A stretch of DNA of 64,000 bases. It comes from Negaprion brevirostris (lineage: Eukaryota). The stretch covers positions 92,254,449-92,318,448 of the forward strand of contig JARDVH010000001.1 of NCBI GenBank assembly GCA_030324005.1, given 5' to 3'. Positions within the stretch are counted from its first letter, which is position 1. Every line of letters begins with the position of its first letter. The translations under genes were made by a program, and so were the position numbers. The notes below the pieces were generated by a model. It had not been told where the DNA came from, made no database searches, and saw only the letters and a list, made by a program, of their open reading frames with translations. Below are positions 12,581 through 24,830 of this stretch, piece by piece.

Positions 12581-13206
12581 AACTCAAAGTTGGGTCATTG
12601 GATCAAAAATCAAGCTGGGTATAAAGCAGGCTGCTGGTTCATTATTACCTGCTTGATGCAATCACCAATGACCAATTCCATCTCTATGGTTGGAATTCTC
12701 CAATGTTGTACCTTTACCAGAGAGAATAGAGAATTAGGCGCTCAGCCAAATCTCCATTCACAGCAGTGGGACTGCTGCATCCCAGCTGCAGACAAGGTTG
12801 GAGAATCACTGCCTATATTATCCTGAATGATGAAATAGCAAACAATGATTTCAAGATCCTGCATCATTGCATCTCATTTCTCTATGGTCCAGTCAAAACA
12901 AATCCATAATAGACCAAGAAATCAATTCATTTCATGCAATGTGTTAGATGGGTAATTTGGTTCAGCAATGTAGATCTCAACTTTAAAACTTTCTGTGAAG
13001 GAAATAATCCATTAACTTGTAAAACTGCCAGAATCATTTTTCCTTCCTAAGTGTTCTAATATCAGGTTTGAGTTTTGTCAACTTTTTGTTATAGACAGAG
13101 TAGCTTGATTGAAGATGCTCTAATTAAAACAGAAGGGGAATTCTGTCTGCTTCAAGTCCAGACCGGAAAAAATTAGTAACTGTATCTTATTGACATTTCA
13201 ACTTAC

Positions 13207-13278
13207 AAATGTGACAGCGATGAAAGGTCGTTAAACGCTCCTTCAGGGATAGCTGAGATGTCATTTCCATGCAAAGAC
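13207..13278 (-). CDS. slit2: Slit2 exon 25 equivalent, 72 nt, LRR
   Basis: ttccag|G TCT TTG CAT GGA AAT...CAT TT|gtaagt; [23 protein letters not shown](L). Confidence 0.97.
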
Positions 13279-14221
13279 CTGGAAAATAGTTTGTGACATA
13301 CAATGAATGCAATATGCTAAGGACTTGCACAAATTCTACTTCGCTTCTTCAACAACAATTAGTGGGCGGATTCTCCAGCCTCCCAGCCATGAGTCTCTCG
13401 GTGGTGGGAGGTGGTATGGCATTCACTGGCGATGGGTGTCTCTGTCCCACTGCAGTCAGTTGGGTTTCCCACTGAAGCCATTCCATTGCGCCAGGAAAGC
13501 TGTGGGCGGGAATGTGCTGCTGGTGGGACGGGAGGATCCCCTTACCAGCAAATGGCCAGAGACTCCCATCTGATGTGTTTCCAGTTTAAGTTTTGCCAAA
13601 CATTTAACAATTGGCATTATTTGTTTGGGTTGTGGCAGACCATCGCTTGTACAATGGTTACACTTCTAAATCTGTCTTTTCCATATCAATCACAGAATCA
13701 TTCAGCTAATTTAAACCTAATTTGCAGCATGGAAAACTACAGCATTGGCTGTAACTCAAGCTGGAATTTTCCAGCTCCACTGCGGCAGATTCTTCCAAGG
13801 TGGATATGGCAAGCCCTGCAAAATGCACATTTGACTTCGTTGGGATCAGAAGCTGCTGCTGGCAGATGGGGCCTGAAAATCCCATTCTCTGGCTTTCCAT
13901 TCTGCCCAATAGGACTTGCCATTGACTTCAATGTCAATTCAAAATGTTATGATTTGTAAAACCAGCACCCAATCTCAGCAGTTTCCAACAAGCATGTTGG
14001 GTTAAAATCATCCCAGTGTACTACATCTGTTGCTGGTAATTCTGTCCACAGGGAAAGGGGAACTGATCTTGGAGTATAAACATAGAAAGCCTGCAGTTGG
14101 GTAATGGTTTCCCAAGTTGCGGAGTAAAAAAGTGCTGCTATGAAAGAGTCTTTGCATGAATCAGCATTTCTCCTCAACTCAACCGGAGAAAAATAAAATC
14201 TGCGTTACAGCCCTAAGTTCT

Positions 14222-14350
14222 GTAAGAAGTCTTACAACACCAGGTTAAAGTCCAACAGGTTTATTTGATGATACCAAATAAACGTGTTGGACTTTAACCT
14301 GGTGTTGTAAGGCTTCTTACTGTGCCCACCCCAGGCCAACGCTGGCATCT
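14222..14350. mobile_element. Collapsed palindrome of Penelope-like terminal repeat (family B)
   Basis: gtaagaagtcttacaacaccaggttaaagtccaacaggtttatttg / caaataaacgtgttggactttaacctggtgttgtaaggcttcttac near-perfect inverted arms; same sequence at 36916-36981, 37911-37977 and 60185-60490. Confidence 0.8.
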
Positions 14351-14536
14351 CTGCAGCACTAAGTTCTGACAGTGTGAGCAAATGTTTGTGGTTCTGATTT
14401 GTCACCAGACCCACGGAAGTGCAAATAAAAAGTAAACAGAATTTTTGTGAGTTGTCAGCCATGAGCTAATGGTATTTCTATACAGTGAGATTTCCAAATC
14501 CACGGTCACAAAATTCAACTTTCAAATCCACTGACC

Positions 14537-14730
14537 CAAAAGCAAAATACTGCAGACATTGGAAATCTGAAATAAAAAGGGAAAATGCTGGAAATACACA
14601 ACAGGCCTGACAGCATCTGTGGAGACAGAAACAATGTTAACCTGTTGAAACAATTAACTCTGCTTCTCTCTATCCAGATGCTGCCAAAGCAGCTGTGTAA
14701 TTCCAGCATTTTCTGATTTTATTTCAAATC
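14537..14730. mobile_element. Collapsed palindrome of Penelope-like terminal repeat (family A)
   Basis: gaaaatgctggaaat...cagcatctgtggagacagaaac versus ttctctctatccagatgctg...ttccagcattttc; same family as 1270-1330 and 52990-53140. Confidence 0.75.
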
Positions 14731-15489
14731 CTCCGGATTTATTACATGTACTTTACTCAGGCCTTTTCTGGATCTCCTGAAATTCTGTCCATTCATTTAT
14801 TGGGGACAACCTAACTCGCCAAGTTGGAAATCCTCAGAGTCAAGTAGTATGTTAAGCTTGCACCCCACCCAACTTTATTCTCTGCAATATGATCTGTTTG
14901 TTTCTAATTACTCATCTGACCCCACATTCCCCATAATTTGCGATCAGCTGTGGTCTACTCACATAGGAGGCCTTACAATGGAATTTTACACACAAGTCCA
15001 TTTGAAAGTCAGTTGGAGATGGAGAATACTGCCTTTATACTGATGGTATGCTGTGCCTCTTTGTACACTGATCTGCTGTAGCTGCTGGTTCTGACCATGT
15101 CAACCTGGCTGATTCAGATATCAGGGTCAGCAATTCCCTCAGAGTTGTTCTTGCTCTGCTGCCGTAAATGCTGGTATTGTAAGAAAATGTTTATGCACAA
15201 AGTGCATGTCTACAAACAAAGTGATGATGACAATGTTGGAATAACTCCAAGGAAATTTCTGACTCAGATCTTCTAGGCATTCTGTCATGGCATGCAAATT
15301 TGAGGAAGGAGTGAGTACGCAGGCACTGATCCAATAACAAGATGACCAAAATTCTAGCATTGATTGGAATGAGGAAAGTGGCTGGGAAACCCCAAAGTTT
15401 CACCTAAGCTTACATAAATGCTGGTAAACAGTGCTGCAGCATTTAAAAATGATGGCAATGGGAGCCATCTGATCTACTCTCGTACTTAC

Positions 15490-15561
15490 AACAAACGCAG
15501 GGACTTTAAACCATCGAACGTTCGAACTGGGATACACCTGAGCCGGTTATAACTAAGAATT
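15490..15561 (-). CDS. slit2: Slit2 exon 24 equivalent, 72 nt, LRR
   Basis: tcacag|A ATT CTT AGT TAT AAC...TTG TT|gtaagt; [23 protein letters not shown](L). Confidence 0.97.
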
Positions 15562-15650
15562 CTGTGAAGATAAAAACATCATGTTAGATGAAATATGGCA
15601 GTTTGTAACAGGAGCAAACAATCACATGCTGGGGACAGGGTCAAATATTC

Positions 15651-15857
15651 NNNNNNNNNNNNNNNNNNNNNNNNNNNNNNNNNNNNNNNNNNNNNNNNNN
15701 NNNNNNNNNNNNNNNNNNNNNNNNNNNNNNNNNNNNNNNNNNNNNNNNNNNNNNNNNNNNNNNNNNNNNNNNNNNNNNNNNNNNNNNNNNNNNNNNNNNN
15801 NNNNNNNNNNNNNNNNNNNNNNNNNNNNNNNNNNNNNNNNNNNNNNNNNNNNNNNNN
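15651..15857. other. Assembly gap (207 N) probably hiding Slit2 exon 23
   Basis: The only gap between exons 22 and 24 whose stated size can hold 72 nt; no DLSNN...TQLLTL-coding sequence found elsewhere in 15562-17789. Confidence 0.7.
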
Positions 15858-16906
15858 CAGTTGGTAGAGAAGGGTATCTATGTGATCTATGTCCATTGTA
15901 GCTCCAAATATCACAAGATTTGAGGCTATAAGGTGTCTAAGGCATGGCACGATGAATCAGGGTTTGGAATTTAAAACTTGCCAAGCAAATTGCACACATG
16001 TTTTTTTACGCAGCAATCAATTGTGCAAATTAGAAAGTGTTCTCACTGTCTAACCATCTAACCTAAACAAAGCTCCTGTCTTTGGGTGTCTCTTTCTTCG
16101 GCAGATACTGGTGTGATGCATAGCCATTTGCAGATCCAGAATTCAGGTTGTAGCAATCAAATACCTTGCTGCCAGCTTGGAAGCAAAATACCTCCAAAGT
16201 AAAAGCAAACCTCCAAAGAATACAAACACAGATGTGAGATCTCACAAGCCCAAAATTTATTTATAAAAAATATGGCTGGTCCCTTTTTCAGCAAGGACTT
16301 CCAGGCACCCCAGAATATGCCTTTCTGCTCATTTTTTGGGGGGAGATCTGACTGCACAGTGAGCAAGTCACAGAATCACCCTGCACTGCTGCCATATTAT
16401 TATTATTCAGTGTAACTTTAAAATGAAGCTTTTGCATGAATGGTGTTCAATTTNNNNNNNNNNNNNNNNNNNNNTGCTCTGGCACACCCAGACACGTTGC
16501 TTGAAAATCACTTGACTCCCTGAATTTACTTCTCAAGATTTACATTATGTCTGTGATGTACAACAGATTCATTCTGGGAGTTCTGATAGTGCAATGATTA
16601 CTGAACTACACAGATCAGGTATACCATCAATACTTTCTGCTCTGACTCCCAAATGAAAATGGTCACTGGAAGGATGAGTGGGCTGTTCCCCAGGGTTCCC
16701 AGCTCATGATTCAGCAGGAAGATGAGGGATGATGTTGGGAACATCTATCCTGCTTTGGAAGCATTGTTATGACGGGTTCCAACTGCTCAAGGTCCTGGCC
16801 CAACATACCCCCATGGCCCCAGACGCCCAATTAAATTATGGGACAACATACATGAACCCAGAACTACCAAGGCATTCACAAGGTTTGACACTTGTACATA
16901 ATTTAC

Positions 16907-17256
16907 CATAGAATACCTACTGTGCAGGAAGTGGCCATCCAGCCCACCGAGTCTGCACCAACTCTCTTAAAGGGCATCTTATCCAGGCCCACTCCCTTCC
17001 CCTTTCTCCATTACCCTCTGCATTTACCATGGCTAATCCAGCTAGCCTACACATCTTTGGACACCAAGGGACAATTTAGTATGGCCAGTCCACCTAACCT
17101 GCATATCTTTAGACTGTGGGATGGAATCGGAGCACCCAGAGGAAACCTATGCAGAGATGGGGAGAACGTGCAAGCTCAACACAGACATCACCCACGGCTA
17201 GAATCGAATCCAGGTCCCTGGTGTTGTGAGGCAGCAGTGCTAACCACTGTGCCATC
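16907..17256 (-). mobile_element. HE1-type V-SINE
   Basis: Reverse-complement SINE ending gtgaggcagcagtgctaaccactgtgcc; accounts for the 199-aa spurious ORF. Confidence 0.9.
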
Positions 17257-17789
17257 CTTACAGGATACCCAGCACTGCCTGGTACCATCTGTTTCCATGG
17301 TCTTTAATGTCTTTTGCAATAAACATGTACAGCATGTAGTCAGCACTGACATCCATTATCCAACAACAGTGTTGGAATACACCACCACAAAAGCAAGACT
17401 TGATTTGGAGTTACATATTCACTTGTTAGTGACCAACCTCCTGTGTAGAATGAAGACTGTCAAACTGAACATTAAAATTAGTCAGAGATAAAATTCTGAA
17501 GGGACTTGATAGAAGAGATAAAAGGAAACTTTTAGTCACTGCTGGGGAATCTAGAACAAGGGCCAGGGCCAGGCTAGTCAGCAGAGAAGTTAGGGAGCAC
17601 TTCATCATGCAAAAGGATTTATTTTGCGAGCCAAGTGAATAAGGGGATATAAAGCCAAGGTGAGTGGATAGAATTAGGTTACAGGTCAGCTATGATCTCA
17701 GTGAATGGTTCGAGGAGCTGAATGGCCTATCCTGAATCTATAGGTTTTTAAATTTCAGTACTTAGGAGTGCAATGATGAAAGTACCTAC

Positions 17790-17858
17790 ATAAGCAATAA
17801 ATGCTTGAAGGTGGTGAGTTCCTTTGGCACCATCACAAATTGATTTCCATCTAGATAT
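17790..17858 (-). CDS. slit2: Slit2 exon 22 equivalent, 69 nt, LRR
   Basis: ttccag|A TAT CTA GAT GGA AAT...CTT AT|gtaggt; YLDGNQFVMVPKELTTFKHLLL(I). Confidence 0.96.
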
Positions 17859-19283
17859 CTGGAACACAAAACATTGCATGAGATATAACATCAAGCAGTA
17901 GTGATGAATTAGTTTGTGCTCAACCCTCTATCTTCCAATTTTTAAACAAAATGCACCAATTAACAAAGTAAAAGCTTTCAAAGTTGACCAACCCATTGAA
18001 GTGCCAGGGCCCATAGTGCAACAATACACCAACAACAGGAGAAATGAGGAAAGAGTTCAATCCAGATGTGGTGATTCGGTGCCAGCAAGCTTGGTGGATG
18101 TCAGGAGGCAAGTATACCTAATGGACGGGTTCCACGCTTTTACTGTCCTGATAAGGAGCAAATTTAAAACCCATTTTCTTGTCCCCTCTGCGTTGAGACT
18201 GGCTGCCAGATGTGGAACCTCCTAGCAGGTGTCCAGATACATTGACCAACATGCCTTCTAGCCCATAGATTGATGGGAGAGAACTGCAAGAATGAATTTA
18301 CTTTCATGGCTTGTCTTGGATTATTGCCTGTCTTCTCAAATTATTCAACTGGAGGAGAGGGTAAAGAATGCCAGACATTGGCCTCATGCCAATATTTGCT
18401 GGTATCCCTCATCCTTTCTCTATGTTTAAGAACTAAGCACTTGTATTAGAGCTCAGATTAGAGCACCATGAGTCAATATATCATGTAGAATCCCTATAGA
18501 TTTCTTCAACTATGTTCTAAAAGCTACATATTTACATTACATCATTTATGATTGAAAAGCAGCTAACACAAAATTTTGAAAGCCCTGTTGTTTCCTCTCT
18601 TCTCACTTCACTCCTTCCACCCACAACCCCGCCTCCCTCTATCAACTGTAAAGGAAGACTTTTATTTGGTTTTTAAAGTTCTAATCACTGTTGCCCTTGG
18701 GAATCTGTTAATTGTTATTGTTTCTGTAAAATATTCATTACTGTTGATTATGGAAGGCTGGTCATAGGCTTTGCCGAGTTAAAAATTAATACTGTGCCTC
18801 TGTGAAGGGTAACTTATTGTTTTAAATATTAATAACAGTGTACAACTGTTCCTAGGCACTCTATGTATGGTCTGGAGTATGAACAAGACTGGTCTACAAT
18901 TGACTGCTTTAAATATTAATCATTGTAGTGGTCCCCTCCAAATTAATTATTTTAAAAAGGCCCTGCAATCAACTCAAGCTTTTTGCTTTATGAATGTTAG
19001 ATTGATGAAATAACAACAGAAACATCAATAACAAAACCTAAGTAAGTGGAGGTGGTTTTAAACAACAATGGCTACAACATGACTGATGATTCAGTGTGCT
19101 GTAGCAAGATAGATAGTGGTTTGGTAATCATAAGGCCACGATATTCATCTCCCTGAAGAAAAGGATAATTNNNNNNNNNNNNNNNNNNNNNNNNNNNNNN
19201 NNNNNNNNNNNNNNNNNNNNNNNNNNNNNNNNNNNNNNNNNNNNNNNNNNNNNNNNNNNNNNNNNNNNNNCACGAAGCAAACT

Positions 19284-19560
19284 GAGTTCGATTCTAGCCT
19301 CAGGTCACTGTGTGGAGTTTGCACGTTCTCCCCATGTCTGCGTGAGTTTCCTCCGGGTGCTCTGGTTTCCTCCCACAGTCCAAAGGTGTGCGGGTTGGCC
19401 AAGCTAAATCATCCCTTAGTGTCAGGGGATTAGCAGAGTAAATAAAAGTAAAGAGTAAATAAAGAGTTATAGGAATCAGGCCTAGGTAGGATTGTAATTG
19501 GTGTAGGCTTGATGGGCTGAATGGTCTTCTGCTGCACTGTACGGATTCTATGATTCTATG
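19284..19560 (+). mobile_element. HE1-type V-SINE (5' end truncated or in the gap)
   Basis: gttcgattc...gtgtggagtttgcacgttctcccc...gattctatgattctatg. Confidence 0.88.
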
Positions 19561-21929
19561 AAAACAATATTCAACTCATGCTTACTTTTAAAGGCAGAAC
19601 AAAATACTACAGTATCAAATTGTTGCAGTGGTAGAGCTTCCTATTGATTCCACATGATAGCATCTGGTGTACCGATAACGTTCACTCCAAAGTTACTTAG
19701 CACAAAAGCAACTTTGAATGTTTCTCGCTGATAATTGATTTATAACACATCTTGTTCAGATGAAAGACGCTTAGAAGGCTGTGTTTCTCCTGGGCCGTAT
19801 TCCAGAATATAGCAAATTAAAAGAACACTACCTTAACCACAAATTACAGGCCTCTAATTCAGTTTTCTTTCATTTTTATTAGAGTAATCTGATTATAGAC
19901 TCACTGAAGATCAGCCTAAGTACACAAATTTCAAGTGGAGTTAAACAGAATGAAAATACCTTTCCAAAAAAAGGCCGCTAACTAGACTAGCTTCTCATAC
20001 TTAACTTACTTAGAAGCCCCAACCTGTCTTGTCAAGTATCACTAACTACCTACAATTAGATTACATTGAGGACAAAAAAGTTGAATGATGTGCATATCAA
20101 TAAAAAAGTCATAGAATGGTACAGCACGGAAACAGGTCCTTTAGCCCAACCAGTCCATGCCAACCATGGTACCCTCCCAGCTACTCCCAATTGCCCATGT
20201 TTGACCCATATCTTTCCAATCTTTGCCATCCACGTACTTAGGCAAATATTGCTATTGTACCTGCCTCAACCACTTTCTCTGGCAGCTCATTTCATACACA
20301 CACCATCCTCCGAGTGAAGAAGTTGCCTCTCAGATCCTTTTTAAGTCTTCTGCCTCGCACCTTAAATCTATGTCCTCCAATTTTCAATTCCCCATCCCTG
20401 GGGTAAAAAGGCTAGCACTGGAATTCTACCACCCTGCCTGCCACAGATTCGGAGTGGGCAAGGGGCGGACAATGAAATGTCCTTTGAACTCGGGGCAGAT
20501 TTCTGAGCTTGATCAAATGGGGCCATAAGATCCCGCTCTATGTGCGCTCGGGGTGTAAAACTAAGATCTTCAAATCCAATGAACTTACAGTTCCAATGGA
20601 CTTACCACAAACAGAACCATGTATTTATCATGGGTTGCAAGAGACTAAGAAGTTCGATGAATGCAGGTGCATGTGTGCTGCATCTAAACTTACCACCCAC
20701 CTGGTGTCTTGTATATGTCAAGAGCTTCCTTTTCAACTTATTCCGACACTAAACTATGGTTATTAGAGCTGATGGTAATTTGAGAGCATCATGTATCAGT
20801 GTGAGTGGCAATTAAATTGAATTAACAGATAACTATGTGAAGAGCCTTAAATGTTGCCAGGTGGAAAATTGCCCCTCCTTCCAAGAAACTGCATGCTTGA
20901 AAAATATCATCATAGGCCAGCATCGCTTCAAGGCTGACTCCAGAAATATTCCTCTGCTTGTAGAATTATTATGCTATGCAGTGGCTACCTCAAAGACAAT
21001 TGTGAAGGTAGTGATAATGTGATATTATCCATTCCAGGTTCTTTTGATTTGATTTGAGTCATTATTGTCACATGTATTAATATACAGTGAAAAGTATTGT
21101 GTCTTGTGTGCTAGACAGACAAAGCATACCGTTCATAGAGAAAGAAATGAGAGGGCGCAGAATATACTGTTACAGTCATGGCTAGAGTGTAGACAGAGGT
21201 CAACTTAATGCAAGGTAGGTCCATTCAAAAGTCTGATGGCAGCAAGGAAGAAGCTGATCTTGTGTCAGTTGGTACATGACTTCAGACTTTTGTTTTAACT
21301 GCAAGTTCCAGATTATCTAGAATCCACTGTTACACAATTACCAAGTTGTAAAAGTTAACCTGTGGCTATTTTTCCACTCCCTACACTCACTCTCGACCCA
21401 TCAACTCCATCTCTGAGATCTGTCACCAACTTCATAGATCCAACTCCCACACCAGCTTCACCTCCTTCAACAACTAATACCCAAATGTCTTCTCTTTCTT
21501 AGTGCCTCATTTCCCTGTCACCTTATCAAATTGGTAGTTGCAGTAAGTTGAAGTGCCTTGATGTGACAAGTAACAAATGAAAGGATTTATTGATTGAGAA
21601 GTATATACAACAAAGGGATTAACAGCCCAACAATGCAGGTCTATCCCCAACAACGTCCTGGCTGCCACTGCAACATCCAGCCACGGGGATGTGCAGCCCC
21701 ACTCTTGACAGACCCATGTTCACATGTTCATGTTCCGCTGGTTCCAGCCTGGTCATGTGGATCGCAAAGGATAGCCCATTAGAAGGGGCCATGCTACCAC
21801 ATTAACATTCCCCATTCACACTCCTTTTGTAATGTCCCTTCTAAAAGGCTTGCCCTTAACCGCAACTGCACAAATCATTCCCTCCCCGTGATCCTTGCCA
21901 CCTAGCCTCTTAAGCTACTTCTTCATCAA

Positions 21930-23460
21930 CATAGGAAAGTAGGAAGATATGAGCAGAAAAGGTCCGCTCGGCCCATTGAGTCTGCTCCGCCACTCAAACA
22001 GACCAATCTTCTACCCGTGTCATTTTTTCCTACTCTTCCCATATTCCTTGATGTGATTACTATCAGGAAATCTATTGATTTCTGACTAGAACATACTCAG
22101 TGACTGAGCTTCCACACTAGAAAATTCCAAAGATTCACAGCCCTAGGAGTAAAAAAAAACTCCTTGTCAACTCTGTCTTAAATGGTCTGTCTCTTATTCT
22201 GAGACTGTGCACGCTGGTTCTAGGCTCACCAGCTAAGGGAAACAGCCAGTCTTTCCCTCTGCTTTAAACTCCAAATGTATTGTACTGGTGCACAGCTGCT
22301 GGTTTCCGACCCCCCCATTGTGGTTTCCATCTGGACTACAGCACAAAGATTACTGCACCAATCTCTCCTGAAGATTTCCATCAGCACGGACAATCATCTT
22401 TTCTCCTCAATGCTTTCTTCTTTGTGGTGCATCTTCACGAGACTAGCTTCTCCTGGTTCCTTGTCTATCCATCCCAATACCTATTGTTCGAGCCTTAACT
22501 AACTTCCCTTCCCAAGGCCGTGTTGCCAAGTTTGTTGTGTTGTAAGGCTTGGTCTTTGCCTCTCTCCTATTTCTCAGCCATATATTGTCTTTTGGTGAAT
22601 CAACAGCAAACAATGAGTGGGATTTTCTGCACCCCACCACCTGCGCTCCCCCCCCCCAAGCTGTTTTTTTCCTGGTGACAGAGGTAGCTTGCCATTAGCC
22701 ATTGGCAGGATCTTCCCATTCCTTCAATATAGATTTCATTTTGCCCATCCGCCATGGCGGGTCAGTTACCTGCAGCGGGACTGAAGATCACGCCAGCAGG
22801 AAGGGCTAGAAAATCCTGCCCAATAAGTTAGCTTCCATTCCATAGAATCATAGAATCCCTACATTCAACAGAATGAGGCCATTCGGCCCCCAAGTCTGTA
22901 CCAACCACATCCCACCCAGACCCTACTCCCATAACCCTAGATATTTAATCTGTTATTCCCCCTGACACAAGGGTCAATTTAGCATGGCCAATCAACCTAA
23001 CTCACACACCTTCGGGCATCATTACTGTTCTCACTCTCAATCTTTGGCCTCGCTTCTATGCTTGCTACATACCAAGCTTCTCTAGTTGTCTGTTTACTAT
23101 GAAGTCTTGGATGAGTCAGATATTTCTACACATCAATGACAACAAGACTTATGCCAAGACAACAAGACTTATGCCAGAAACTTTAAGCCTGAGGCACTAA
23201 CTCCCTCTTTCTCCACAGCTTATTTTTCAGATTGACATCTCCACAACCTTGGTACCTTGTCTGACTCTAAGCTGATTGAAAAATCTGTAACTCACTTCAT
23301 CGCCAAGGCCACCTTTTTCCACATCCAGAGTGTTCCGACGCTCTGATTTTTTTCACTAACTTCTATAGCTTCAACCATTTATTCATGTTTCAACCCTCAG
23401 AGGATTGATTTTTCAGATGGTCTCCTTGCTGGTTCCTCCAACTGAATACTACAAAAACTC
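21930..23460. mobile_element. Nested relics: CR1 3' end (21930-22250, minus), L2-like RT fragments (about 22260-22600 and 23020-23460, plus), MITE-like insert (22615-22822), SINE tail (22841-23013, minus)
   Basis: Recognisable CR1 and SINE tails; the L2-like pyrimidine-rich relic resumes after the inserts; TIR-like gggattttct...agaaaatcct. Confidence 0.65.
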
Positions 23461-24566
23461 CAGTTTGTCCAGGCCCTACAACCTGGAAAGGACTTATGGG
23501 TCTATGGAAGGGGAGGCTAAGTTTTCTCCTTGCATCTCTTCAGCGCATGAGGAAAATAACAAAATGATTTTTAAAAGAGGCCTCACTTGTCCAGATTCTC
23601 TGGTCAGCTTGTTTTCCTTAGAGTTATCCTGGCATGAATAAACTTTAATTGAGTGGGTTAGTATAGTCATCTGGCCAAATACCTGATTGATTTAAGTTGT
23701 TCACTTGCTCAGTTTTCACTCAACGCAAATATTAAAATTGCCCCTGTCTTCACATGAAAGTTACTAAAGCAGTTGTAATATTAGAGTGCCTACCATATAT
23801 AACAAGCATGTTCATCCTATCAAGACTTTCCCATCCTACGGGATAGATAGTAAATCCATCTGAAAGGGCAAAGGCATTGCAGCAGAAGTTAACCTGATTT
23901 TACGTTAAAGGTATCAGCTGCTTAATGGTTCCCCAAGTCACTAATTTCAAATTAAGTCCTGCGACAGTCAGCAGCTGATTTTAGACAGCTTGATTCAGTT
24001 GATACATACAACGTGAGATCTTGAAAGTTCTAACTTTTGTCAGTTTATTATGAGCGAAAGCCAGTATTAAAAAAGTCGCTTTACAAAATAACCATCGTGT
24101 TTAGTACGCTTTAAGTGCTGTCTTTGTATTTGATTCCAAATGGTGCGCAGCATTTGACCGATAACGCTGGTCACTCACAATAAGCACTCAAAACGATGTG
24201 GCCTATTCAATAGTTGCTGTAATGCTGCCTTTTTGTCATCATTATTATGGTATCATGAAAGGGTTAGTATTGCACTTTAATATCATTGCTGAGTTACATC
24301 AATAACGCAGCACTCAATGATAGCTCGCTACCCAGTTTCAAGAGTTCATACAGTGCAATATAATACAGTCATGTTACCATGGATATCTGTTTTTAATATG
24401 TTAATTATAGAAGTGGTAATTGGTAATCATGCAAAATTCATTTGGAAAAATGCATCCTGGGGGAAAATGTAAGTATGGCATTGACAGGGCAAAGCTTCAT
24501 TAGACTGGCTGGGAGGAGGAAAAATATATACATCATACCTGTGTCTACCAGCTGAATAAACAGCTT

Positions 24567-24830
24567 GGTGGTGCTGGTGTGTTAAAGACTGTGACGCCGG
24601 TGTGTTATGAATCACAGCGCTGGTGTGTTATGAAATGTGTGTTATGGACCACGGCACTGGTATGTTACAGAACGCGGTGCTGGTGTGTTATGGATCACGG
24701 TGCTGATGTGATAGGCGCCGTGGTGAAGGTGCGACAGGCGCCGTGGTGAAGGTGCGACAGGCGCCGTGGTGAAGGTGTGATAGATAGTGGTCATGATGTG
24801 TCGAAAATAGTGGTAATGATGTATTAGAAT
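24567..24830. repeat. 23-bp minisatellite, CpG-rich
   Basis: ggtgctggtgtgttatggatcac-type units grading into ggcgccgtggtgaaggtgcgaca at 24714, 24737 and 24760 (period 23). Confidence 0.9.

Noticed and set aside
16340-16415. Minus-strand LNNNNMAAV... as the missing LRR exon 23
   Set aside because: Comes from an (ATT)n microsatellite; no LRR continuation or correct splice sites
16892-17491. 199-aa plus-strand ORF and similar ORFs at 2126-2516, 11930-12469, 27175-27447, 42805-43050
   Set aside because: Read through SINE or LINE relics; no independent protein signature
23138-23177. 20-bp direct duplication gacaacaagacttatgcca x2
   Set aside because: Simple slippage duplication within an L2-like relic; no functional signal
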